Source: Antedon mediterranea | Taxonomy: Eukaryota; Animalia; Echinodermata | Length of the DNA stretch: 64,000 bases | NCBI RefSeq assembly: GCF_964355755.1 | Contig: NC_092671.1 | Location: 10,664,001 to 10,728,000, forward strand | Direction of reading: 5' to 3' | Part shown: piece by piece, positions 15,301-27,000 of the stretch | How positions within the stretch are numbered: position 1 is the first letter of the stretch | Layout of the letters: each line of letters opens with the position of its first letter | The notes under the pieces: model-generated | Told to the model about the DNA's origin: nothing | Database searches by the model: none | The model's input: only the letters and a program-made list of their open reading frames with translations | Position numbers and translations under genes: made by a program

Positions 15301-17569
15301 CTGTGCATCGCAGTTGCCATAACGGATCCAAACGCAAAGAGTTTTGCACATGGGATTAGTCTATTCTTGGTTGAAAGAGGAATGGAAGGCTACACTAGGG
15401 GGCAGCCTTTACAGAAAATTGGTCAAAAAGCTGTAGTAAGTCTGCTTTTATTTTCAGGGACTGGTTATAATTATTATAGGCCTAACAGTAGAATTATTAA
15501 AGGGAGTTTTCCTTTATAGTTGTCTATCCTCTAATTACAGGCCGTACAGTGTTCATGCTGTTCGTTCATTTCGAGAATAGAGCTTCTATTGTAGTTCTGT
15601 TTTCATGGTCCTATTATACTTATTAGAGTATAGAGACTAGTATATAAAGACAACAATCACACTGTTTAGGCCCTACTACATTTATTAATAGCAGTGTGTT
15701 TGTTAATTTACTATTTTTTAAAGGACACATGCGAATTATTTTTTGATGATGTTCGACTGCCTCCAAGTGCTCTTCTTGGACAAGAGAATAAAGGGTTTTA
15801 TCACCTAATGCAACAGTTGCCAAGAGAGAGAATGCTAGTCGGATGTCTTGCTTTGGCACATAGCGAATACATATTTGAACAAACTAGAGACTTTCTCAAT
15901 GGTAATGGTAGTTTGTCTGAATCACAGGTAAGTGGGTGACACCTTCAATGACATCACTTATCAAACAAATTTATTTTAATGATTGCTTGCACTTATATTG
16001 TACACGTAGTCAGAGAATACACTCTTATTGAACCATTATGGACAAATACACAAGGTAAAAGAACTTTTGTATATCGATCAACCAAATTATGGAACAAACT
16101 TTCAAATGACACAAAAACAAACCGTAAATCTGTGACACTTTCAACTTTTAAAAAATAAATCCAAAATATTACTGATTAAGTATCTTTTACCTTGAATTCC
16201 TTCCATTAAAAAAAATATATACTGTATTTAGTAGATAGTCACCTTTTTGTTGTAAATGTGTATGTACTAATGTAAATTACTGTGTTAGAGTGTTAGTCTT
16301 TGAATTATTTTTATTGTATTATTAATGTTTCTCTACCGAACCACTTTGGAAATCAATGCTTTAACACTGAAAGTGTCATTCAGTATAAAGACAGAATAAA
16401 TAAATAACAAATAAATCACATACGCGCTCACCTATCTCCAGGTACCTTTTCCATGGAACAGTTTTGAACGCGTGTGTCTGTTAAGATTAAGATGATTTTA
16501 TTTTATTAAATTAGTGATAAACAAAATATGAACATGATGGGAACATAATCCTTACTCACTCACATTTTTTTAGGAGCTACAGCACACACTTGCATAATTT
16601 AAAACAGACATTTATAGTTGCATTGACTAGATCATGATTGATTGATGGATTAATAGAAATATAAAATCAATTTTTCTCTTTAATGTCTATTTTAGGAAAT
16701 ACAGCACAAACTTGCAGAATTTAAAACAGACATTTGCGTTGGCCGAAGTTTTGCTGATCAATGTATTCAGTTGTTTCAAGAAAGTAGACTTAGTTCTTCT
16801 AGCGCTTCGATGCTCAAATATTGGTAAGAATAAACACAGTAAATGTAGGCCTATATTTATAATGTGCAATATTACAACCAAAACAAGCAACAAACGCTAA
16901 TCTTGTCTCAATTCATCATACATTGCAACAATATAGCCGTCTGCTTTTTATTCAAACTGCAATAAAGACTATTTTTATTTATATAATGGAAGGCCTATAC
17001 ACCATTTATAGTGCGTTAACAATATCATACAAAATGATGTAAATAAAAAAAATCCGATGTAAATAATACAGATGGGAGGTAAATATTACGGTGACGATTA
17101 TACGATCATACGATCATGGTGACGATTATACGATCATACGATCATGGTGACGATTATACGATCATACGATCATGGTGACGATTATACGACCTTTGATGGT
17201 CACATCGCGCTATCGTTGGTCACCAAAAAGTTAAAATTCATTTCTTTTTATTAAGGGTTAATTAGAATGTAACTCTGGATGAAGCATACTCGGTCGTATG
17301 ATCATTCACACATATTTCGGCTATATAAAGCTTATTATTGTTTTTGTTTATGATAAGAACTAACCTTCCTAATTTTTATTTACCGTAGGGCTACAGATCT
17401 TACTAACAGAATTGTGAGTGAGTGTTTGCAACTATACGGTGAAAGTGGTTGCATGGAAGAGAACAACGTAGGTCGTGCGTTTGTTTTTTCACGTGTTCAA
17501 TCAATTTATGGAGGAAGCAACGAAATAATGAAAGAACTTATTGCAAGAGATATTGTATCAAAAAAATGA
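12307..17569 (+). CDS. ACADL: Long-chain acyl-CoA dehydrogenase-like, copy 2 (about 427 aa, 9 exons; tandem paralogue)
   Basis: Exons 12307-12398, 12653-12796, 13352-13489, 14621-14785 (GC donor), 14978-15044, 15271-15435, 15724-15927, 16696-16823 and 17389-17569 (TGA). Same exon sizes as copy 1 except one extra codon in exon 1; frame open throughout. Confidence 0.93.
13657..14251. mobile_element. Non-autonomous DNA transposon with TTAA target duplication (Kolobok-like) in ACADL copy 2 intron 3
   Basis: TTAA|AGCTCAGGTACAGGCA ... TGCCCGTACCTGGCCT|TTAA; 13/16 TIR match; absent from copy 1 intron 3. Confidence 0.65.
17090..17189. repeat. 28-bp minisatellite (GGTGACGATTATACGATCATACGATCAT) x3.5
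   Basis: Three perfect head-to-tail units plus a partial one in ACADL copy 2 intron 8; no spacers. Confidence 0.92.
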
Positions 17570-18001
17570 ATAAGAATTGATATAATGTAACCCGTATCAG
17601 GTAAATTATGAATAGGCCTACACACATATTCTGATGGCGCTAGCTGAAACCTGTAAATAACATTACATTACACTACTGTACGGAAATGAATGCTTATCAA
17701 GTATTGATGAAATATTAGGTCTAAAATTAACCAAACAAATAATATGAGTCCACAGGTGATAAGATTAATTTGCATAATGGATTGTGATTCGTAGTTGTGT
17801 TTAATAAAAAATCAAAACGCCCGCTGGTGGCGCTACCTAAAATATTTTGTTGTGAGTTTTTTGTTTTTGCGACAGCGTTCGACGTGGATGGAATTGAGTC
17901 AGTGTAGTAGTAGGCCTAACTAGGCTAGCCTAATAGTATTTACTAAATTCGTGCGTCACTAACCTGTAGCGTTGACGAAAAATGATTTTTTGAATTTTTA
18001 A

Positions 18002-21000
18002 ATGAACTTTTATAAACGAAATATGAAGAAGTACTATGCTGTGTTCGGTTCTCTCATATTTTGTGTTGGATTTCTTTCCATTTACATGATGCTAGACCAG
18101 GCCTCGCTAGACACATTTGGCGGTGGAGCCATGTCTCAGGTAGGACGTACTTATAGGCCTAGCCCTAGGACACATTTTGGATCCCATTTTGGATCAGGTG
18201 CCGTTTTCGGCCACCTCAACTTGTATGGACTATACCATTATAAAAAGATGAGAAAATAGGGGTGTCCCATTTATTAATTGAGTGTGTTAATGTGTTAAAT
18301 ACTGCTGCTTTTGTTCTTTTGTTTAGTGCATTATGTTATAGCAACAAAGGGAAAACAACTACGCCCTGCACGCTGTAGAATTAATTTCAGTTTTCAAGTT
18401 AATACAGTATATTATGGCTCTAATTATTTCTATATCATTTTTAGGTATCCTTTCTTAATATATTAGGTGGATTCCTTAAGGTGGATATTGAATAATTTTT
18501 ACGGATTTATAGATATAGAAAGTATATAAAGAAATTAGTTTTTATTGCAGTTACAAATAAAAAATATAATTTATCTAACGATAACACAGTAGTACATTTA
18601 ATAAAGATGACAGTAGTACATTTAATAAGATCTATCACATACTGATTATTAGGTAATCAGTAAAACAAATAAACATTATAATTTTGTCAATGAATCTGTA
18701 CCATTTTGTTCCCAGAAAACACAGCGTTTGACATTGCGTGTTTTTAGGTTTGGTTTTTCTAAAACGTTTGAAACACGTTTTTAAACGTTTCTGTAGTGTG
18801 TATAAATACATGTTCTAATTGAACAACGTAGCACCTTCTCAATTCGGTCTTTATCCCCTTACATTTCCTTACTGATATTCCCAGCCCAATATACAATATG
18901 CCCAAATAGAACATCACTGATTAGTAAAACATAAACATTCTATAGTACAAATATCCTACTTTACCCCAAAGAACCGAGTTTCCTTTTACAGTCTAATTGT
19001 ATTTAAGTTCTTAACTATGACCAACATGTCCACCCATTTACTTATATTTGTTAACAGTCTCCTTTCATTTAATTGATGTACTGTCAGACCAATTATGTTT
19101 TCGAAAATCAATCCTTATTTCTTTTGTTTTATTTATGTTTAGTTCAAGAAAATTGTTGCCATAATCGGTAAATCGAATAATCTCAGAAAGGTACAGAGAA
19201 TAATTTTGTTATAATAAGTCCAACTATAGCCGAGTCGTCGTAAAATAAAAATACATATAATTATGTTGTCAATGAATCTGTAGTGTTACCATTTTGTTTC
19301 TGTATCTACAATCGTTTCTGGATCTGGATGAATACTGACGAAGGACCACATGGGTATATGCGCCAGGGGGTGCGTCTCTCGGTGTCCAAACATCATACTT
19401 AACTGAATTTGTTTTAGAATTTTTTATTATTTTTTTTTTTTATTTATTAATTTCACAACTTCACAAAACTGACCAAACAATGACAAAAAAAAAAAGAAAA
19501 CGTTTCTGTCAATGAATCTTCAATTATGTTCGTCTCACTGATGCCATTTATTGGGTTCAAATCAATGTTGTTAGGATTTATCCCTTGCAAATAAAAAATA
19601 TAGTTTATCTATATACCGATAGGATTGGGCCAATTAGAATGCATTTACCAACATTCTTTTAAATATTTCACAACATTATAGAGTGTAGGTAATTTAACCA
19701 ATTGTAATGTAGTATTTAGGATGTTTGAATTCGGTTCTGTACTGTAGTTTTAAATATGTTTTGATTCCGATTCATTGTACTGTAGTTTAACATACCGATT
19801 GTATTGTAGTATTTAAGATTAATTCTAATTTTGAATCCGATTGTACTAAAATTTAATGTGTTTAAATCTAGATAGGCATAACATAGTATTTAATATGCTT
19901 TAATTTCGATTATACTGTAGTGTTTAGTTTAGTTTTTATATATAATAAGTAATATTGTTACAAAATCTTGGCATTCCCTAACACAGTACCTAATAATAAC
20001 ATGCCTTATAAAAAGTACATGCTTGCTAGTTTTTGATGTTTTGTATTGTTCCTTGTAGTTTGTACTGCTGCTGTAGGTTACATAACAGAACAATTGTATT
20101 GTCTTCCCATTTGATAGACACCCTTCTCTACATAAAACACCACACCCCTATCATAATAATGGTATAGTCCATATAAGTCGAGGTGGCCGAAAACGGCACC
20201 TGATCCCACATTTTGTTTGCTAGTACTAGGGCCTACTAGCCTACTTACTAAGTAGGCCTATAAAATCATATATTTATTATGGCTGTGCTAAACCATAGGC
20301 TTCATTAATTTAAAATAAAGTTACAGAAAAAGACTGTGTGGCCCATATGATGATTGATGGCCCTTTGCTTGACTATTATTACTTATATATAGCCTAGGCA
20401 AGGCTACGGCACCTATTTGGGAAAAATGTTTTTTTATTGTTATTAACAAATTAATAACAAAAAATACCTTTTCTTTCAGAGAGAAATAAATGAGATTGGT
20501 GCTAAAATTAGTGATTTAGAATTCAGTTTGTCACGTCACAAAGATAGCATAAAAAATCTACGAGATGCATTGCGTGCCCTTGCGAAGGGTGACGATACAT
20601 TCCAGGTGGATACTTTAGACCTAGGTGGCATTGACAATGTTCCAGTTAAGTTTACCAATCAGGCAGTGAAAGTCGATACTTACAGAAAAACTGAGAAAAA
20701 GCAGATGGACGTGAAGAAGCCAATTGAAATTGATTATGGTGTGATGGATAAAGGTGATACGATCTATGCTCAAGTTGATAAAAATGAATGCACCTTTGCC
20801 AAAACCCCAAGTGGTAATACTGCAAATATCCAGGTAAAATAGAGTTCAATCGACATTATTAGGGACCTTTTGATTTGTGCCAACCTACTGTACGACCTAT
20901 GCATATTGAGTCATTGGTTAGAAATTCGACAAGACTGTGTGAGAACGCAAGTTCCAGTGTCTCTAATATAAATTGAAATGCTGTAAATAGGTCATAAGGT

Positions 21001-24000
21001 CATTGAAAATCAAAAGCTCTCTTATCATATGGGTTTGCAAAAAAAAACAAAAATTGTAATACAGTAATTGATTATCTATGTGTGTTAATTTCCAATATAA
21101 TCTATAGTTTAAATAAAAATTGAATTGAATCCTAATTTTATTATTTACAATTTAAATTACCTCAGATGCTGTTAATGCAGATGAATTGGCTGTAGTACCT
21201 TTGTGCCTAATTGAATTACATTTTTTGTTCTGCTTTTTTTTTAGATGTTGGATGTGTTTGATAAAATTTCTTTTGACAACCCAAATGGAGGTGTTTGGAA
21301 GCAAGGCTTTGAAATCAAGTATGATGAAAAGCATTGGAATGATGAACCGTTGAAAGTTTTTATTGTTCCACATTCTCACAATGATCCGGGTGAGTAAGTG
21401 GCCGAGTGGTTAAGACAGTGGGACCGTAATTACGTACCCATAACATCGGCAAGGGTTCGAGACTCACTTGCTCTATGGTTCTGGTGGTAAAACGAGTCTT
21501 CTCGGATAAAGACTATAAACCGTAGGTCCAGTGTTCACATCAAGCTTATGTGCACTTTAAAGAACCTAGTACATCTTTCACCCCGGTGTACTAGTACATC
21601 ATAGCCACTGATCATAACTGGGCCCTATGGGAGACCAGTCTTTGACTGAAGAGGTCGCCCAGTATAAATAAAATATTTCAATTAAATATTTCAAAGATAT
21701 ACCAATAATTATCCCCTATGGAAGCTATTGTAGGGAATATTTCACATTACAAACATCTGTTTTGATAACCATACTGTACATGATGAAAGAGTGTGTTAGT
21801 GATGGACTTTCTATTCTTGGAAACGGTTGTATATGGTTATAAAAATGGCAATTTCATTTATTTTCTTTGAACAAAAATTATTAGATTACAGTATATGCAA
21901 AAAAGGAATCATTTATAAAAAGTAAAAAATGGAAATTCAAATGCTTGTAAAAAATATCCATTACTATACATAAAATTAATCACAACATGATTCAACATTA
22001 ATTAAATTAAAAATATTGCATGTGAAGTGTTAAAAAAGGATAAATTTACTAATTAAAATTCTATTATTGCATTATATTTATATATATTTTTCATTGATTA
22101 GGTTGGATTAAAACACTGGATAAATATTTTCAAGACCAGACAGTGCATATACTTGATAACATGGTTGTAAAGTTACAGGAAAACCCTAAAATGACGTTTA
22201 TGTGGTCAGAGATCTCATACCTATCTATGTGGTGGAAGAGAATTGATGAACAAAAGAAAGATATTACACGACGGTAAACATGTTTTACAGATATGCGTTC
22301 CTCCATATATATATATATATGTTTGATTAAACATTCTGTAGTATAACTTACCTGTAACTTGGCTTGTTTTACATTAGGTGAATTTATTCGCACAAATTGA
22401 TAGCGCTGACTATTTAATTAATATTTCATCTACTTTTTGTGATGTGAACAATTGTTCAACCCATTGAATGTTTAATTTGTACGAATATATTCGCTAAGTG
22501 AAACCAGGCTTTAAGTTATAACCACTGAAAATATTTAATACATAATGCGACATTTATTTTTCATGATGATCAGAATGCTGTGGACACCTTTTCAACAACA
22601 TTCTTTCCCCCTTTTTCCCAACATTCTTTCCCCCTTTTCCCCAACTACGGCACCATTATGCCTGTCCACGACAGTGGCTTGTTAGTACACCGGCTAACCC
22701 CCTACATGTTTTGTTGCAGTCTTATAAAAGAAGGTCGTCTTGAGATAACAACTGGAGGCTGGGTGATGAATGATGAAGCTAATACTCATTATTATGCTAT
22801 GATAGATCAATTAATAGAAGGACACGAATGGTTAAATGATCACATTGGTAAGATAATTACATAATTATTACATAATTACATTTGGCATCATCATAAATAT
22901 CACTTTCATATCCATTATTGTTCTCACTTTTCAAATTCAATTTTTCAAATTTAACTCCCTTACAAGAAAACATAATTAAACATTATTGCATTACCTGTAT
23001 TTTTTTAATAATTGTCTTAATTCTAATTATTGTCTTCACATTCATAATACTTTTTTAAGTTAATTGTAATCATTGCCATCATCAATTTCATATCTTTTTT
23101 CGTTACTTTTGTCACCATTAATATGACTGGAAACGTATACATATTGCTATAATTTTGTCCTATAGTTGACATTATCTTCATTGTCAAATCATTAATCTCA
23201 AAAGTTTTTATATGTTACCAGGTGTAAAACCTAAGAATGGCTGGGCGATAGATCCATTTGGACTATCACCAACCATGGCTTACATCCTTCAGCGCATGGG
23301 CCTAGAAAATATGGTTATTCAGCGTGCCCATTACACTATAAAGAAATATCTAGCAGCATCACAAAATTTGGAATTTATGTGGAGGCAAAACTGGGGTAAG
23401 TTTTAAATGATGTATAAGTGATTTGTTTGTTCTTTTTCTCTGTCTAAACTATCAAATATTATGTAACAATGAAAAAAATGTGATGTGCCCATATATGGAC
23501 ATAATGATGCCATATCACTACCATATTTGGCACATCACAATTTTTTTGTCAAACTAGTTTGATTGTTTAGACAAAGCTTTATACAAAATGAGGACATATT
23601 TTGCGAATGTGATCAAAATATAACATGCTTATTTAATGTTCAATCCTGAATGCCTCTAGCAGTACGTTAGCTGTTCAACATTTAAAAACAATTCTTATTT
23701 TTCTATAGACCATGGTTCCAGCACTGATATGTTTACCCATTTGATGCCCTTCTACAGCTATGATGTTCCGCATACATGTGGACCAGACCCTAAGGTTTGC
23801 TGTCAATTTGACTTCAAGAGACTACCAGGGGGTCGTATCAGCTGCCCCTGGAAGGTACCACCAATACCAATTACACAAGCTAATGTAGAAGGAAGGTAAC
23901 TCAACTTTTATCATTTCTTCATGTATGAAATGTAGTTCCGTTAACAGTAATTATATTCTTAAGCTCTGTCTACACTATCAAACTTTATGTGATAAAATGT

Positions 24001-27000
24001 GATGTGCACATCACACTTTTTGATAGTGTAGACAGAGCTTTATAACAGACTTTTATATCAACCCAAGTTTTGATATTATTTTCAAGAGTGGCTTTTAAAC
24101 CACAGCTTCCAAAATTAGCAGATTTGCTGTTTTGTGAACAAAAAAGGACTGAAAATAATAAGTTTATTCTATTTTAATTTTATAGGGCCAGAATTTTACT
24201 AGATCAGTATCGTAAAAAGTCGATGCTTTATCGTTCCAAAGTTGTGCTAATTCCTCTGGGTGATGATTTCCGATATGATAAAACAGTGGAATGGGACAAC
24301 CAGTACAGTAACTACATGAAACTGATGGACCATATGAATGGAAGAAAAGATTGGCATGTTGAGGTAATCTATAATTATCTTACTGCAGAATATAATTCTA
24401 TAAATAGCTTTAGTGATTAGGTCTATCTGTCATGAATTATTCAAAACAATCAATACTAATAGATTTATTGATTATGTCTTTGACAATTCATGAATATTCA
24501 AATAAGATCATTCTCCATGTTCTACCATTTTGGCTTTTACAGTAGCATTCAGTTCCTTTTGTGCTATTTGATTTTACTGTATATAATTCAATGATTTTCT
24601 GATGGTAGTTGGTAGTAGTAGGGCCTACTACCAATTGTTCATAATGTTATTGTGTGAGGTTTTTTTTATTCATTTCAGGCTAAGTTTGGAACTTTAGATG
24701 ACTATTTTAAAGCCTTATTTAAAACTATGCATACAGAACGAGGCAACCTACCGCAGGGATTTCAAGTTCTTAGCGGCGACTTTTTTACGTACTCGGACCG
24801 AGATGATCACTATTGGAGTGGTTACTTCACATCTAGACCATTCTATAAAAATCTTGACAGGGTATTAGAATCTCATTTAAGGTATAAACAATTACAATTT
24901 TTTACTAATAAATGTAAATAATTTGTAAATAAGTCATAATGTTATTTGTATTTTACCAAAGCCTTGTATTGTAGAGTCTATTGTTTTCATTTTTCTTTCT
25001 TTATTAGGGCTGCAGAAATTATATATTCTGTTGCCGCAGCAACTGCTCGTCAACATGATTCTACGACATTCCCATACAATGAACTCATCCAGATGCTGCA
25101 TACTGGACGGCAAAACCTAGGATTATTCCAACATCACGATGGAATCACAGGAACAGCTAAAGATCACGTTGTAGTTGATTATGGTATCAAGTATGTGTAT
25201 AAATAGATTATTATATCTTAACCAATCCCAGTGTCCATCTAATAGATCTTCTTTGGTTGCAATGTACCAGAGGCTTTTCATTAGTCTGCCAAACATATAA
25301 TAAGACTCTAATCCCATTTCTTTAATGCTCACATGCATAATTTGGCTACTTATAATTTGTATTTTTAGTTACATTTTTTTCCATATATACATTTTATTAG
25401 TGCCAAACTTGGCAGATCTTAAACTCTGTAAGTCAGTAATTGTAGCAATTGTATTATTAACTACAATTTAATTTTGAGGTATCACAATAAACTGTACGTC
25501 TACAACCTAATCTGAAGCTCTGTCTACACTATCAAAGTTTATGTGACAAAAAAATGTGATGTGGTGCCCATATATGGACATAATGATGTCATACCACTAC
25601 CATATTTGGGCATATGACTACCATATATGGGCACATCACACTTAACAAAAAGTGTGTATGCTAAAATTAAAACATCTATTTTCTTTTAGGTTGTTAGCCG
25701 CTATTGATAATTCAAGACGTGTAATGATGGAATGTATTCTGTTCTTGTTGACAGATGATAAGAAAGTTTTTGCTAGAGACATCAATTTCTTTGATGTTGT
25801 AAGTTGATTATTATTTTAAATTAAATTTAATGTTCATACTTGTCATTGAAAATCATACAATTTTACTAAAACATTATCTGTGCCACCTGGAGAGAAACAT
25901 ACAAGAGGAAGTTTGTTTTTTTATTTGACACCATTTATACAATCATTTTGCTTTACTGTGACATTTATAAATTAATGATTGTTTTTTCAGGATGAAGAGC
26001 GCCATTCTCATGATTCTCTACCCGATAAGAAAATAGTTAAAGTTATGAAAGAAGCTCCAAGGTAGTAGAATATATTTTAATTATTTGTTTTAACTTTGTA
26101 TGAGACAAACACTATTATTTCCACTTGTTTTGTGGATGAAATAAAGTTCTTATCTTATAATCTCTTTATTTTGTACATAGTATCATCATTCTGTATAATT
26201 CAATTGCCCAAGAACGTGTGGAATTGGTTCGAATCCATGTATCAGCTCCAAATGTACAAGTACAAGACTCGCAGGATGAGGTGGTAGCCAGCCAGACTAA
26301 TCTGGTTTGGACCAGTAAAGAAGATTCATCAAACGATGTCTATGAAGTAGGTTTTTACTCTTTAAACGAATGTTTAAACAACGTTTTTGGTACAATCCAT
26401 CATAATGATATTGTTTGTTTTTATTGCAAATCCATACATCATACCCTCCATGATCATACATATATTAAAAAGAGGTTGATACATAAATAACAAACAACTT
26501 TTTTATTTAATTTAATAGCTTTAAAAACTTTCTTTGTTTAGCTTGTGTTTCTGGTTCAATTGTCTCCTCTCGGTTTGAAACGTTTCACCGTACATGATAT
26601 GAAGGAAGATGTCTCTGAAAAACATTCTTTCTCAAAAGTTGAAATTCATTATGCTAATGATAATTACAATGGTCAAAGGTGAGTGCCTGAATTACAATTA
26701 TATTTTGTAATATTGTTTGACAATAATTTTATGCAAGTCTCCAGAATAGAATTTATGATAATCTATCTGTGGTTCACACTAAAATAACTAATGCCTCTTT
26801 CAATGCCTAGCAAAACTCTGAAGTTTACACACAATAAAGCATCAACACTGGCATTTTGTATGGTATACATATATAAGTGTTTTACCTAGCAATGTGAGAG
26901 GGGTATTATTTTATCACACACATACTTTTTGTCTTTATAGGGGTCCATTTGAGGTTACTTCTAATAATGGAGCCGAAGATTTCACTATTGAGAACGCTAG

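Noticed and set aside
17090-17189. 28-bp repeats that superficially resemble a CRISPR array
   Set aside because: The units are contiguous with no unique spacers, there are no cas genes, and the context is a eukaryotic intron; it is a minisatellite.
21392-21473. Possible tRNA gene
   Set aside because: The anticodon and variable arms do not fold convincingly, and the sequence continues into a SINE core and AT-rich tail.
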